This document shows positions 29,440 through 40,176 of a stretch of DNA of 64,000 nucleotides, in pieces. The notes under the pieces were generated by a model that saw only the letters and a list, made by a program, of their open reading frames with translations, was not told the origin of the DNA and made no database searches. A program made the position numbers and the translations under genes. Numbering within the stretch: the stretch's first letter is position 1; each line of letters starts with the position of its first letter. Source of the DNA: Thermoanaerobaculia bacterium (GTDB taxonomy: Bacteria; Acidobacteriota; Thermoanaerobaculia; Thermoanaerobaculales; Sulfomarinibacteraceae); contig JAMOVQ010000141.1 of assembly GCA_027067575.1 (NCBI GenBank), positions 26,731 through 90,730 on the forward strand, given 5' to 3'.

Positions 29440-30674
29440 GATCCACCTCCCATTTCGAAGATCTCACCAAACGTTCTGCGGAGCCATGCCAGCAATCTGC
29501 CGGACACGTTCTCCGGTTCCTTCCTTCGTGTTGCACCCCGCTCCGCGTGAAGCCGGATCAGGCCACACGCCACGGCCCACGCCTCGCTGTTCACCGGATC
29601 TGCAAGCTCCTGGAGGTTGCGCGGCCGGCCGCGCCGGGCCCGGTGCCCCAGGATCCCCTCCGCCATGTCCGCGAGACCGTCCAGGAGCGCCCCCGCCCCG
29701 GTGAGCACGATCCCGGCGCGGGGGACGTTCTCCAGCTGGAACTCCACCAGCGGCCGGTGGATCGCCACCAGCAGCTCCTTCGCCCGGGCCTCGAGGATCT
29801 CGGTCACGTACCCTGCGGGATAGACGCGGTTGGCCTCGCCACCCAGCGGCGGCGCCTCCACGGCAGCGTCCGGATTCTCGCGGCCCGTCTCCATGCCGAC
29901 CCGCCGCTTGATCTCCTCCGCCGACCGGCTCGGGGTCCGGAGGATCGCCGCGAGATCGTTCGTGAAGTTGCGGCCACCGAGCGGGATGCAACCCGCCGCC
30001 ACGACGGCCCCCTCCTGGAAGACGGTCCACTCGGTGGTCCCCAGCCCGATGTCGATCAGGAGACAGCCGAGCTCGAGCTCGTCGGGGGTCAGCACCGCGG
30101 CGGCAGCGGCCAGCGGCTCGAAGTAGACGGCCTCCACCTCGATGCCGGCGGCGTACACGGCCTCGGTGACCGAGTCCCAGTGCGTCCGGTGGGTGTGCAG
30201 GACGTATGCCTCCGCCTGGAGCTCCCGCGCGGGGAGCCCGATGGGCTCCCGAATCCCACCCTGCCCGTCCACCGCAAACCCCATGGGGATGACGTCGAGC
30301 ACGGTGTAGTCCGCCGGTCTCCTGAACAGCTTGCACCGCTCGAGGACCGCATCACGGTCGGAACGGGCCACCCGCCCGTCGGCGCCCTCGACGATGACCG
30401 CAGCGTTGACGCGCCAGCCGACGATGGACGGTCCACCGAGCCCGACGATCGCGCGTTCCACGGGGACGGAAGCCATGGCCTCCGCCTCCTCCGCGGCGGT
30501 CCGGATCGCATCGGTCACCGCCTCCATCTCGGCCACCACACCCTTGGGTGCTCCCGCGTGGGTGGCCTGGCCGCTCCCCAGGACCCGCAGCCCGTCGGGA
30601 ACCGGCACGCCCACCACGACGCGGACCGCCTCCGAGCCGACGTCGATGCCGACGAGGGGGGTGGGCTCGGTCAT
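29436..30674 (-). CDS. ftsA: cell division protein FtsA
   Basis: In-frame ATG at 30674 in ORF 29436..30839 (ATGA with the ftsQ stop). Actin-like fold motifs [22 protein letters not shown]. Confidence 0.9.
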   Translation of the reverse strand: MTEPTPLVGIDVGSEAVRVVVGVPVPDGLRVLGSGQATHAGAPKGVVAEMEAVTDAIRTAAEEAEAMASVPVERAIVGLGGPSIVGWRVNAAVIVEGADGRVARSDRDAVLERCKLFRRPADYTVLDVIPMGFAVDGQGGIREPIGLPARELQAEAYVLHTHRTHWDSVTEAVYAAGIEVEAVYFEPLAAAAAVLTPDELELGCLLIDIGLGTTEWTVFQEGAVVAAGCIPLGGRNFTNDLAAILRTPSRSAEEIKRRVGMETGRENPDAAVEAPPLGGEANRVYPAGYVTEILEARAKELLVAIHRPLVEFQLENVPRAGIVLTGAGALLDGLADMAEGILGHRARRGRPRNLQELADPVNSEAWAVACGLIRLHAERGATRRKEPENVSGRLLAWLRRTFGEIFEMGGGS

Positions 30675-31381
30675 GATCCCACCTCCTTCTCCGGCCCAAC
30701 CACCACACGGTCCGGGGCCGCCACGTCGAGGAACGTCACACCGGGCCGCGGCGAAACGATCCGGCGGGCCGCGGTCTCGGAGGGCGAGCCCTCCAGCGCC
30801 GCGAGAACGCGAACAGTCCGGGAACCGCTCTCCGTCCACGCCTCGATCTCGCCGGGCAGGACGATGCGAAGCCGGGTCACCGGGCCGAGCCCGAGCCGCT
30901 CCAGACGGTCTCCTGCTTCCAGCACCCGGCGGACCGTCGCCACGTCGCCGCGGGGCGGTTCGATGACCGGCGCGACCGGTTCATCCAGTCTGGGGCCTGC
31001 GGTGCCGTCCTCGCACAGACCGTGCCACCCCACTCCAGTCCGCACCGACCCCGCCACGGTGCAGACGTCCCACCGGACGTCCACCGTCCCATCGAGCCCG
31101 CGGCGGATCTCAACGTCCTTCATCCCGGGCCACGCCTCCACCTGGTGCCGGATCCAGCCGAGATCGAGCCACAGGAGCGGGAACCCCTCCAACGAGGTCA
31201 GGTTGCGCTGGAGCGTGGCCGGGGTGTTCCCAGGAAGCCGGACCGAGCGGACGGTCCACCGTGGCAGGAGCGTTGTCAGCACGAGGAGGACCAGCACCGC
31301 CGGGACCACTGCTCCGCTGCGCCGCCGGCGGGTGCGCGGCCTGCGGACCGATTCGGGGAACGGGGGACGGGACGGCATCAT
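30671..31381 (-). CDS. ftsQ: cell division protein FtsQ (POTRA domain)
   Basis: In-frame ATG at 31381 in ORF 30671..32227, overlapping the murC stop. It has an N-terminal basic segment, one TM (AVVPAVLVLLVLTTLL), a periplasmic POTRA-like region, and the expected position between murC and ftsA. Confidence 0.75.
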   Translation of the reverse strand: MMPSRPPFPESVRRPRTRRRRSGAVVPAVLVLLVLTTLLPRWTVRSVRLPGNTPATLQRNLTSLEGFPLLWLDLGWIRHQVEAWPGMKDVEIRRGLDGTVDVRWDVCTVAGSVRTGVGWHGLCEDGTAGPRLDEPVAPVIEPPRGDVATVRRVLEAGDRLERLGLGPVTRLRIVLPGEIEAWTESGSRTVRVLAALEGSPSETAARRIVSPRPGVTFLDVAAPDRVVVGPEKEVGS

Positions 31382-32751
31382 GCGGCACCTCCCAGCCACC
31401 GTTCTCCCACCGTCCGGACGGGGCCGGCGCCCAACGTCAGCAGGAGATCGCCTGGGCCGAGGATATCCTCCGCGGCTTCCACCGCCCCGGCGTACGACGA
31501 CGCCATCACGGGGGCCGGCCCGCCGGCGGTCTGGACGGCCCGGGCGACGAGCCCGGAATCCACCCCCGGCCTCGGGGCTTCCCGCGCCGGGTAGACGGGG
31601 AGCAGCACGAGGCGATGGACGCCAGCAAGGGCGGTACCGAACCCGCCGGCGAACGCCTCGGTCCTCGAGTACAGGTGGGGCTCGAACACGGCGACGAGCC
31701 GCCGGCCGGGCCACGCCTGCCGGACGGCCTCCAGCGTCGCGGCGATCTCCGTCGGGTGGTGGGCGTAGTCGTCGAGCACGAGCACGCCATCCCGCTCGCC
31801 GAGCCGCTCGAGCCGGCGCTCGACGCCGGGGAACCGCGGGAGCGCCCGGGCCACGTCCCCGGGCTCCGCGCCCGCCTCGAGCGCCGCGGCGGTGGCCGCG
31901 AGCGCGTTGACGACGTTGTGCCGGCCGGGCAGCGGGAGGGTGGTCTCCAACAGCGGGCGGTCCCCGAGAACGATGCCGAACCGCCACCCGCCTTCCACGG
32001 CCTCCAGCTCCACGGCCCGGAGCGCCGCGCCGGCCGAGAGGCCGTAGGCGAGAACCGGACGTTCCGCCCGCCGGGCCACTGCCGCGGCGCCGGGGTCGTC
32101 CGCGCAGGCGATCACCCGGCCCCAGAACGGGACGCGGGACGCCAGCTCGCTGAACGCATCGAGAAGCGCCGCTTCCGTTCCGTACACGTCCAGGTGCTCG
32201 GCTTCGACGTTGGTGATCACGACCCATGCAGGGTGAAGCGCGAGAAAGGTGCGGGCGTACTCGTCGGCCTCACAGACCAGGACGTCGCCGCGGCCTGTGG
32301 CCGCATGGCCGTGGAGGAACAGGGCACGCCCCCCAAGGATCGCTGCGGGATCCAGGCCAGCTTCCCGGAGGAGGAACGTCGTCATCGCCGCCGTGGTGGT
32401 CTTGCCGTGGGTCCCCGCCACGGCGAGGCCGTACCGGCCGCGCATCGCCTCGGCCAGCAGCTCGCCGCGGGAGACCACGGGCACCCCGCGCCGCAGGGCC
32501 TCGGCCACCTCCGGTTCGTCCTCCGGGACGGCCGCCGAGACCGCCAGTGCGTCCACACCGTCCAGGTGCGACGGCGCGTGGCCCAGGAGCACCCTGGCGC
32601 CGAGCTCGACGAGCCACTCGGTCCGTGCCGAGGCCTCCAGGTCGCACCCGGAGACCTCGAGCCCCGACGCCAGTCCGAGCTCGGCCAGGGCGCACATCCC
32701 GGCGCCGCCGATCCCCATAAGGTGGAGTCTCCGGAACCGGCCCAGCCTCAT
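31378..32751 (-). CDS. murC: UDP-N-acetylmuramate--L-alanine ligase
   Basis: In-frame ATG at 32751 in ORF 31378..33087. HLMGIGGAGMCALAE, GTHGKTTT, DDYAHHPTEI. Confidence 0.93.
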   Translation of the reverse strand: MRLGRFRRLHLMGIGGAGMCALAELGLASGLEVSGCDLEASARTEWLVELGARVLLGHAPSHLDGVDALAVSAAVPEDEPEVAEALRRGVPVVSRGELLAEAMRGRYGLAVAGTHGKTTTAAMTTFLLREAGLDPAAILGGRALFLHGHAATGRGDVLVCEADEYARTFLALHPAWVVITNVEAEHLDVYGTEAALLDAFSELASRVPFWGRVIACADDPGAAAVARRAERPVLAYGLSAGAALRAVELEAVEGGWRFGIVLGDRPLLETTLPLPGRHNVVNALAATAAALEAGAEPGDVARALPRFPGVERRLERLGERDGVLVLDDYAHHPTEIAATLEAVRQAWPGRRLVAVFEPHLYSRTEAFAGGFGTALAGVHRLVLLPVYPAREAPRPGVDSGLVARAVQTAGGPAPVMASSYAGAVEAAEDILGPGDLLLTLGAGPVRTVGERWLGGAA

Positions 32752-33824
32752 GGCACACCCCCGACGTCCAGGAGACGGCGGGCGATCCGCCGGGCCGCCC
32801 CGGGCAGGGCCAACGATCGCGCGTGGGTGGACATGGTGGCCAGGGCAGCGGGATCGGCCAGCAGCGCATCGAGCTCGCGGGCGACGCGGGCGACGCTCGC
32901 CTCGGCCTCGGTCAGTACCCGCGCACCGCCAGCGTGTTCGAGGGAACGCGCGTTGTGCTCCTGGTGGTTCCCCGCGGCGGCGGCGAACGGGATCAGCAGG
33001 GAGGGGCGCCCGGCCGCCGCGAGCTCGGAGACGGTCAGCGCGCCGGCGCGGGCGACCACGAGGTCCGCATCCTCCAGCGCCTTCCACGGTTCGGGCAGGA
33101 ACGCCGCCACCTCGGCCTCGAGCCCGAGGTCACGGTACGCCGTCCGGACAACCTCCTCCCACCGCACACCGGCCTGGTGGCGGATCGAGAGGGGCCGTCC
33201 CCCGCGGACGACCTCGGCCAGCGCCCGCGGAACGGTCCGGTTGAGAAAGAGCGAGCCCTGGCTCCCACCGAGCACGAGCACCGTGTGGGGGTCGTGAGGA
33301 ACCATCGGTCCCACCTGGAAGAACTCGGCCCGGACGGGGTTCCCGCTCCACTCCGCCGGAAGGGAAGGGAACGCCGCGACAGCCTTCTCGAACCCGCAGC
33401 AGATCAGGTCGGCCCACGGTGCCAGGGAGCGGTTCGTCCAGCCCGGGACCGCGTTCTGTTCCTGAAGCACCCACGGCACCCCGAGCATCCCGGCGGCCAG
33501 GACGCCCGCGGCGGAGGCGTACCCCCCGACGCCGAGCACGGCCGCGGGTTGCTCCCGCAGGACGAGCCGGACGGCCGAGGCCACAGCGGAGGGGAGCGCC
33601 GTGGCCGCCCGGACGGCGGCGGCGGTCCCCCGTCCGCGAACCCCCTCGATCTCCACCAGCGTCAGCGGGATCTTCCGGCCGCGGACGATCTTCCCTTCCA
33701 GGCCGCGGCGGGCGCCGAGCCAGTGGACCGCCACGCCCATGGCGGCCAGCTCGTCCGCGACGGCGAGGCCGGGGAAGATGTGGCCCCCCGTGCCCCCGCC
33801 GGCGATCAGCACCGTCCGGCTCAT
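32748..33824 (-). CDS. murG: undecaprenyldiphospho-muramoylpentapeptide beta-N-acetylglucosaminyltransferase
   Basis: In-frame ATG at 33824 in ORF 32748..35126. IAGGGTGGHIFPGLAVA; QEQNAVPG; HQEHNA. Confidence 0.93.
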   Translation of the reverse strand: MSRTVLIAGGGTGGHIFPGLAVADELAAMGVAVHWLGARRGLEGKIVRGRKIPLTLVEIEGVRGRGTAAAVRAATALPSAVASAVRLVLREQPAAVLGVGGYASAAGVLAAGMLGVPWVLQEQNAVPGWTNRSLAPWADLICCGFEKAVAAFPSLPAEWSGNPVRAEFFQVGPMVPHDPHTVLVLGGSQGSLFLNRTVPRALAEVVRGGRPLSIRHQAGVRWEEVVRTAYRDLGLEAEVAAFLPEPWKALEDADLVVARAGALTVSELAAAGRPSLLIPFAAAAGNHQEHNARSLEHAGGARVLTEAEASVARVARELDALLADPAALATMSTHARSLALPGAARRIARRLLDVGGVP

Positions 33825-34915
33825 GCCCGCACCTCCTTCGACAGGTTGAGCAGGAGCCCAATCGCCGTCAGGGAGATCACCATCTCGGTCTTGCCGTAGC
33901 TGACGAGCGGGAACGGGATCCCCTTCGGCGGCAGGAGCCCGAGGCACACCCCGACGTGGATCAGCGCCTGGAGGGCGAACGCCACGGTCAGTCCGTAGGC
34001 GAGGAGGGCGCGGGAGGGCTGCGGCAGGGCGACGGCGATCCGGAACCCCCGCCACACGATCACCGCAGCCAGTCCGATGAGAACGGCCCCCCCCCGCAGG
34101 CCGAGCTCCTCGCCCGCGATGGCGAAGACGAAGTCGGTGTGGGGCTCGGGGAGGAAGAACAGCTTCTGGAGGCCGGCGCCGTACCCACGGCCCACGACGC
34201 CGCCGGAACCCAGGGCGATCAGGCTCTGCCGTGTCTGCCATGCGGCACCGTCCCATGCGGCTTCCGGATGGAGGAACGCCGTCACGCGCGCCCGCCGGTA
34301 CGGCGAGAGGGCGATGGCCATGACGATCACGAGGAGTCCCACCACAGTCGGGACGGCCAGCAGCCGCACGGGCGCGCCGGCGACGAACGTCATGGCGGCG
34401 AACACCGTGGCGATGACGAAGGCGGATCCGAGGTCCGGCGCACCGAGCACGAGTCCCGTTGCGGCCACGGCGCTCGAGGCCAGGAGGAGCGCCCTTCTCC
34501 CGAGCCACCCCTCGTCGGCGATCCGCGGGAGGCACGCCGCGGCGAGCACGATCAGGGCCAGCCGCAGGAGCACCGAGGGCTGGACGGAGACGATGCCGAG
34601 GTTTGCCCAGCGGTGGGCGTGGGCCACCGGCGGCTGGAGGTACGCGACGAGCTGGAGGGCGGCGGCACCGCCCAACGCGGCCCAGCCCGTGGCGGGCCGC
34701 AGCAGGAGCCGCAGCCGAAGGTGCATGGCGGCCACCATGAACAGCAGCCCGGCGGCGACGGCCATCAGCTGCCACTGGATGAAGTACGCCGGCGCACGGT
34801 GGTACCGCTGGGAGGCGATGACCCACGAGGCAGAACCCATGGCTGCCAGGCCCACGGCGACCTGGATGCCCACGGCACCGATCAGGATCCGGTCGTACCG
34901 GTGCTTCAGCGGCAC
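33821..34915 (-). CDS. ftsW: SEDS-family peptidoglycan glycosyltransferase FtsW
   Basis: In-frame GTG at 34915 in ORF 33821..35299. About 10 TM segments; PEPHTDFVFAIAGEELG; position between murD and murG. Confidence 0.88.
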   Translation of the reverse strand: MPLKHRYDRILIGAVGIQVAVGLAAMGSASWVIASQRYHRAPAYFIQWQLMAVAAGLLFMVAAMHLRLRLLLRPATGWAALGGAAALQLVAYLQPPVAHAHRWANLGIVSVQPSVLLRLALIVLAAACLPRIADEGWLGRRALLLASSAVAATGLVLGAPDLGSAFVIATVFAAMTFVAGAPVRLLAVPTVVGLLVIVMAIALSPYRRARVTAFLHPEAAWDGAAWQTRQSLIALGSGGVVGRGYGAGLQKLFFLPEPHTDFVFAIAGEELGLRGGAVLIGLAAVIVWRGFRIAVALPQPSRALLAYGLTVAFALQALIHVGVCLGLLPPKGIPFPLVSYGKTEMVISLTAIGLLLNLSKEVRA

Positions 34916-36255
34916 GGCACCACCTCCTCTCCGGCCGCCAGCTCCCGGAACGCGTCGCCCCGCGCCGCGTAGTCTTCGAACTGGTCGAAGGAGGCGCAGG
35001 CCGGGGCCAGCAGCACCGTCTCGCCGGCGCGCGCGGCCGCCCGGGCCCTGCGGACGGCCTCCGGGAGCGTCCCGCACCGTTCGATCGGCGCGGCGTCGCC
35101 CAGAGCCGCGGCGATGGTCTCCGCATCCCGGCCGATCAGGTAGACCCGGGCCGCCGCCCTGCGGACGGCGGGCGCGAGGACCGTGAAGTCCTGCCCCTTC
35201 GCCAGTCCGCCCAGGATCAGGTGAACCGAGCGGGGCGGGTACCCCTCCAGCCCCGCGAGGGTCGCGCCCACGTTGGTCGCCTTGCTGTCGTCGACCCACC
35301 GGACGCCGCCGGACTCGACCACGACGCGGTGGCGGTGGGGCAGCCCCTCGAACCGGGCGAGCGCCTCCCGTGCGGCGTCGCGATCCGCGCCGGCAGCGAG
35401 CGCCGCCAGGGTGGCGGCCAGGGCGTTGGCGGCGTTGTGGCGGCCCGCGACGCCGAGGCCGGAGGCCGGCATCAGCGGCTCGCCGTCCACGACGAGCTCG
35501 TCATCCCGGAGGGCGCCGTCGGCATCGTTCAGAAGGGAGAAGAACCGCTTCCGGGCCGCCGTGGGGGCGGCCGCCGAGAGGGGGTCGTCCCGGTTAAGCA
35601 CGGCGGTGTCGCCGGGGTCCTGGAACGCCAGCAGCCGGTACTTTGCCGCGGCGTAGGCCTCCATGTCCGGGTGGCGCTCCAGGTGGTCCTGGCTGAGGTT
35701 CAGCAACACGGCCACCGCGGGGCGCATCGCGGTCAGCGCCTCGGCCTGGAAGCTCGAGACTTCGAGCACCCACGCGTCCCACCCGCCGGAGAGCACGAGC
35801 TCCGAGGCGGGGGGGCCGAGGTTGCCGCCAGCCGCCGTGTCGATCCCGGAGGCGGCGAGGATCGCCGCCGTCATGCTCGTCACGGTGCTCTTTCCGTTGG
35901 AGCCCGTGACCGCCACGAGGAGGGCGTCCGGACGGTGGCGCCAGGCGAGCTCGATTTCGGTCACGACGGCGATCCCGCGCCGCCGCGCCTCGAGGAGGAT
36001 CGGCGCGTCACTGGGCACGCCGGGGCTCGTCACCACGAGCCCGGTGCTGTCCAGCAGACCGGCCGGGTGACCACCGAGGGCGGTCCGAATGCCGGGCGGG
36101 AGTGCCTCCAGCACGCCGGCCAGCTCGGCCTCCGTGCGGCGGTCCGTCACCGTCACCGCGCTCCCGCTGTCCGCTAGGAGGCGTGCCGCGGCGAGCCCCG
36201 AGGCTCCGAGGCCGATGACGAGCGCGGAGGTGGGCCGTTTCCTCATGGGCGTCAC
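34906..36255 (-). CDS. murD: UDP-N-acetylmuramoylalanine--D-glutamate ligase
   Basis: ORF 34906..36255. VIGLGASGLAAARLL, VTGSNGKSTV, DDSKATN. An alternative ATG start lies at 36246. Confidence 0.93.
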   Translation of the reverse strand: MTPMRKRPTSALVIGLGASGLAAARLLADSGSAVTVTDRRTEAELAGVLEALPPGIRTALGGHPAGLLDSTGLVVTSPGVPSDAPILLEARRRGIAVVTEIELAWRHRPDALLVAVTGSNGKSTVTSMTAAILAASGIDTAAGGNLGPPASELVLSGGWDAWVLEVSSFQAEALTAMRPAVAVLLNLSQDHLERHPDMEAYAAAKYRLLAFQDPGDTAVLNRDDPLSAAAPTAARKRFFSLLNDADGALRDDELVVDGEPLMPASGLGVAGRHNAANALAATLAALAAGADRDAAREALARFEGLPHRHRVVVESGGVRWVDDSKATNVGATLAGLEGYPPRSVHLILGGLAKGQDFTVLAPAVRRAAARVYLIGRDAETIAAALGDAAPIERCGTLPEAVRRARAAARAGETVLLAPACASFDQFEDYAARGDAFRELAAGEEVVPCR

Positions 36256-37337
36256 CGGATCTTGAGCGTGGCGAGTCCCGCCAGCGCGAAGATGATCGAG
36301 AGGATCCAGAACCGGACGACGACCTGGGTCTCCGTCCAGCCGGCCAGCTCGAAGTGGTGGTGGATCGGGGCCATGCGGAACACCCGCTTACCCCGGAGCT
36401 TGAAGCTTGCGACCTGGATCATCACGGAGAGCGCCTCCATGACGAACAGGCCGCCGACGATGACGAGGAGCAGCTCCTGCTTCGCCACCACGGCGACGAT
36501 CCCGATCGCCCCGCCCAGCGCCAGCGAGCCCACGTCGCCCATGAACACCGCGGCGGGGTGGCAGTTGAACCAGAGGAAACCCAGCGCCGCCCCGCCCACC
36601 GCACCGGTGAACACGGTCACCTCGCCCGCCCCGGAGACGGGGACGAGCCGCAGGTAGGCGGCCAGCAGCGAGTGGCCCGCCACGTAGACGAAGACGGTGT
36701 AGGTCGCTGCGGCGACGCCGATGGCGCCGATGGCCAGGCCGTCGAGCCCGTCGGTCAGGTTGACGGCGTTGGAGGCTCCGAGCAGCACGAGCATGACGAA
36801 CGGCAGGTACAGCGCGCCGAGGGGCAGGAGCACGTCCTTGAAGAACGGGAACGCCAGCGCCCCCGCGTGGGGGGCGGGCGACGCGATGGACCGGACGGCC
36901 ACGGCGGCCGCCAGGCCGACCACGCCCTGCAGGAGCAGCTTCTGGCGGCTCGTCAGCCCCAGGTTGTGGCGGCGGCGGACCTTGAGAAAATCGTCGGCGA
37001 ACCCGATGGCCGCGAACGCCAGCGTCACGGCGAGCACGGTCAGGACGTACCCGTTGGTCAGGTCCGCCCACAGCACGGTGGCCGCGGTGAAGCTGCCGAC
37101 GATCAGCAGGCCGCCCATGGTCGGCGTGCCGGCCTTGGCCTGGTGGTGCTCCGGACCCTCCTCCCGGATCGATTGGCGGACCTGGAGCGCGGCGAGGCGC
37201 CGGATCACCCACGGCCCCAGGGCGAGGCAGAGGAACAGCGCCGTGGCCACGGCGAGCCCCGTCCGCACGGTGATGTACCGGAAGACGTTGAACGGCGTCC
37301 AGAGGTCGCGCAGCGGATAGAGGAGCCAGTACAGCAT
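36252..37337 (-). CDS. mraY: phospho-N-acetylmuramoyl-pentapeptide transferase
   Basis: MLYWLLYPL... starts in frame inside ORF 36252..39056, overlapping the murF stop. NAVNLTDGLDGLA, MAPIHHHFE. Confidence 0.95.
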   Translation of the reverse strand: MLYWLLYPLRDLWTPFNVFRYITVRTGLAVATALFLCLALGPWVIRRLAALQVRQSIREEGPEHHQAKAGTPTMGGLLIVGSFTAATVLWADLTNGYVLTVLAVTLAFAAIGFADDFLKVRRRHNLGLTSRQKLLLQGVVGLAAAVAVRSIASPAPHAGALAFPFFKDVLLPLGALYLPFVMLVLLGASNAVNLTDGLDGLAIGAIGVAAATYTVFVYVAGHSLLAAYLRLVPVSGAGEVTVFTGAVGGAALGFLWFNCHPAAVFMGDVGSLALGGAIGIVAVVAKQELLLVIVGGLFVMEALSVMIQVASFKLRGKRVFRMAPIHHHFELAGWTETQVVVRFWILSIIFALAGLATLKIR

Positions 37338-38713
37338 CAGCCGTCCCCCTCCCCGCCGGCCAGCCCGGCCACCACGGCGTCGAGCCCGATCCCCCGGGAC
37401 CCCTTGACGAGCACCACGTCGCCCGGCTCCAGCAGCCCCCGAAGCCGTTCCAGCGCGGCGGCGGCGTCGGACAGGTGCTCCACCCGGGCGAGCCCCGCCC
37501 GGCGGGCGGCCCGGGCCATCTCCTCCGCGGGGGCGCCCCCCACGGCGAGGAGCACGTCCGCCGCGGCCGCGGCCCGGGTCCCCGCCTCCCGGTGGGCGGG
37601 CTCCGCCAGGGCGCCGAGCTCGAGCATCTCGCCGAGGACGGCGACGCGCCGGCCGGCCGTCGCCGCCAGGAGGTCGAGCATGACGCGGACCGCCTCGGGG
37701 GAGGCGTTGTAGCTGTCGTCCACCACCGTCACGCCCTCCGGGAGCCGGAGGACACGGCCGCGGTGGGGTGCGGGCTCGAGCGTCTCGGCGGCCGCGGCGG
37801 CGTCCGCGAGGGGGACGCCGAGGGACCACGCCGCCGCCAGGGCCGCCAGGCAGTTCGCGGCCTGGTGCCGGCCGGCGAGCGGGAGGTCGAACGCCACCCG
37901 TTCCCCGGCGGCCTCCACCGTCATCCGGCTGCCCTCGAGGCCCCGTTCCACCACGGCGACGAGCCGGACGTCGGCCTCCTCCGCCCCGCCGTACCGGACG
38001 ATCCGGGCGTTCCCGGCCCGCCCGGCGAACCCCGCCTGCCACGGGTCGTCGGCGTTGAGGACCACCGTCCCGCCCGGGGCCACGTGGGCCAGCGCCTCCG
38101 CCTTGGCCTCGGCCACGGCCGCCAGGTCGGGGAAGAACGCCATGTGGGCCGGTGCGATCCGGGTGTACAGCAGCAGGTCGGGCGCCACGATGGCCGCGAG
38201 CTCGCCCAGCTCCCCCGGGTGGCTCATCCCCATCTCGGCGACGAACAGCTCCACCTCCTCCGGCTGGGAGAGGATCTCCGCCGGCAGCCCCAGCGTGGAG
38301 TTCCGGTTCCCCTCCGAGGCGCCGGTCCGGTACCGGGCGCCGCCGAGCGTTGCGAGCATCGCCTTGACCGTCGTCTTGCCCACGGAGCCCGTCACGGCGA
38401 CGACCCGCCAGGGACGGCGCCGCCGCTCGGCCGCCGCCAGGGCATGGTACGCCGCCAACGTGTCCCCGACCTCGATCAGCGCCCGGCCGGGCGGGGGTGG
38501 GGCGACCCCGGCGCCCTCCCGGACGAGGGCCGCGGCCCCGGCCGCCAGCGCCTCGGCGACGAACCGGTGCCCGTCCACGCGCTCCCCGGGGAGCGCGACG
38601 AACAGGTCGCCGGGCCCCACGCGGCGGCTGTCCACCTCGGCGCCGGTCAGCACCACGGCGGGGTCGCCCTCGATCCGGGCGCCGAGGAGGCGGGCGGCGG
38701 CGGCGGCGCTCAT
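37337..38713 (-). CDS. murF: UDP-N-acetylmuramoyl-tripeptide--D-alanyl-D-alanine ligase
   Basis: In-frame ATG at 38713 in ORF 37337..39946 (ATGA with the murE stop). VTGSVGKTTVK, DDSYNASPE. Confidence 0.92.
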   Translation of the reverse strand: MSAAAAARLLGARIEGDPAVVLTGAEVDSRRVGPGDLFVALPGERVDGHRFVAEALAAGAAALVREGAGVAPPPPGRALIEVGDTLAAYHALAAAERRRRPWRVVAVTGSVGKTTVKAMLATLGGARYRTGASEGNRNSTLGLPAEILSQPEEVELFVAEMGMSHPGELGELAAIVAPDLLLYTRIAPAHMAFFPDLAAVAEAKAEALAHVAPGGTVVLNADDPWQAGFAGRAGNARIVRYGGAEEADVRLVAVVERGLEGSRMTVEAAGERVAFDLPLAGRHQAANCLAALAAAWSLGVPLADAAAAAETLEPAPHRGRVLRLPEGVTVVDDSYNASPEAVRVMLDLLAATAGRRVAVLGEMLELGALAEPAHREAGTRAAAAADVLLAVGGAPAEEMARAARRAGLARVEHLSDAAAALERLRGLLEPGDVVLVKGSRGIGLDAVVAGLAGGEGDG

Positions 38714-40176
38714 CCGCACGACTCCTCCCTCCCCGCGAGCTCCAGCACCACCTCGTGGTCGGAGAACGGGACCGTCCGGTCCGCGAGGATCTGCTCCCGC
38801 TCGTGTCCCTTGCCCGCCACGAGGACCACGTCGCCGGGGCGAGCCGTCTCCAGCGCCCGGGCGATGGCGGCCCGGCGGTCGAGCACGACGACGGGCTCCG
38901 CGCCCGCAGAGCGGACGCCCTCGGCCACCGCCTCGGCGATGGCGGCGGGTTCCTCGGAGCGGGGGTTGTCGCTCGTGACGATGGCCACGTCGGCCAGCTC
39001 CCCGGCGGCGGTGCCCATGGGGGCCCGCTTGCCCGGGTCGCGGTCGCCCCCCGCACCGAACACCACCACGATCCGCGGAGCCCCCGCCGTGCGCAGCGCC
39101 TGGAGCACCGCCCGGAGGCCGGCGGGCGTGTGGGCGTAGTCGATGAAGACCGAGAATGGCAGGGAGGCGGGCACGGCCTCCAGCCGTCCGGGCAGCGGCG
39201 GGGCGTCCTCGAGCCCCCTGGCGATGGCGGCGGGGGGGACCCCCATGGCCAGGGCCGCCGTGGCGGCGCCGAGGGTGTTCTGGAGGTTGTGGGGCCCCAC
39301 GAGCCGGGTGGCCACCCCGAGCGAGGCGCCCGGGAGCACGAGCCGGAACGCCGTGCCCTCCAGGGTGTACCGCACGTCCGCGGCGGTCACCGCGCCGCCC
39401 TCGATCCCGTACGTCAGGTCGCCGGTCCACGCCTCGGAGGCCAGCCGCGCGCCCCACGGGTCGTCCACACACAGCACCCGGTGGCCACCCGCGGCGAGGT
39501 GCTCGTCGAACAGCCGCCGCTTGGCGAGGAAGTACGCCTCGGTGGTGCCGTGGTAGTCCAGGTGGTCCCGGGTCAGGTTGGTGAACACGGCGGCACGGAA
39601 CCGCAGCCCGGCCACCCGGTCCTGCGCCAGCGCGTGGGAGGAGACCTCCATCGCCGCGGCGCGCCCGCCGGCGGTCTCGAGCTCGGCGAGCATCGGGGCG
39701 AGGTCCGTCGCCTCCGGCGTGGTGCGGTCCGCGGGCCGCTCCCTGCCGGGGAGCCGGTAGGTCACGGTCCCGAACACACCGCACGGCGAGCCGGCCGCCT
39801 CCAGGCACCGCGCCAGGAGCGCGACCACGGTGGACTTCCCGTTGGTGCCGGTCACCGCCGCGAGGTCGAGCCGGTCCTGCGGGTCGCCGGCGATCCCGAA
39901 CGCCGCCAGGGCCGCGTGGCGCCGCGGCGCGGGGGAGACGATCCACGCCACCGGCGGGCCGGCCTCGGGCTCGCGGTCGGTCAGCACGGCGGCGGCACCC
40001 CGCTCCAGCGCCTGCGCCAGGAAGTCGAGCCCGTGGTGGTGCTGCCCGGGCAGCGCGGCGAACAGGTCGCCGGGCCGGACCTTCCGGGAGTCGTGGGTCG
40101 CACCGGTCACCGTGGTGGCCGGGTCGCCCACGATCCGGGCGCCGTCGAGCCGGGGGAGCAGGGCGTGGAGCCTCAC
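38710..40176 (-). CDS. murE: UDP-N-acetylmuramoyl-L-alanyl-D-glutamate--2,6-diaminopimelate ligase
   Basis: In-frame GTG at 40176 in ORF 38710..41337 (GTGA with the ftsI stop). VTGTNGKSTV, DYAHTP, TSDNPRSE. Confidence 0.92.
   Translation of the reverse strand: MRLHALLPRLDGARIVGDPATTVTGATHDSRKVRPGDLFAALPGQHHHGLDFLAQALERGAAAVLTDREPEAGPPVAWIVSPAPRRHAALAAFGIAGDPQDRLDLAAVTGTNGKSTVVALLARCLEAAGSPCGVFGTVTYRLPGRERPADRTTPEATDLAPMLAELETAGGRAAAMEVSSHALAQDRVAGLRFRAAVFTNLTRDHLDYHGTTEAYFLAKRRLFDEHLAAGGHRVLCVDDPWGARLASEAWTGDLTYGIEGGAVTAADVRYTLEGTAFRLVLPGASLGVATRLVGPHNLQNTLGAATAALAMGVPPAAIARGLEDAPPLPGRLEAVPASLPFSVFIDYAHTPAGLRAVLQALRTAGAPRIVVVFGAGGDRDPGKRAPMGTAAGELADVAIVTSDNPRSEEPAAIAEAVAEGVRSAGAEPVVVLDRRAAIARALETARPGDVVLVAGKGHEREQILADRTVPFSDHEVVLELAGREESCG

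Noticed and set aside
36252-39056. Apparent giant fusion ORFs such as 36252..39056, 37337..39946, 38710..41337, 32748..35126, 16018..19482, 13641..16733 and 58495..62424.
   Set aside because: Only the C-terminal part matches a known protein. The N-terminal part is off-frame read-through of the upstream gene. Internal ATG/GTG codons that overlap the upstream stop give proteins of canonical length.
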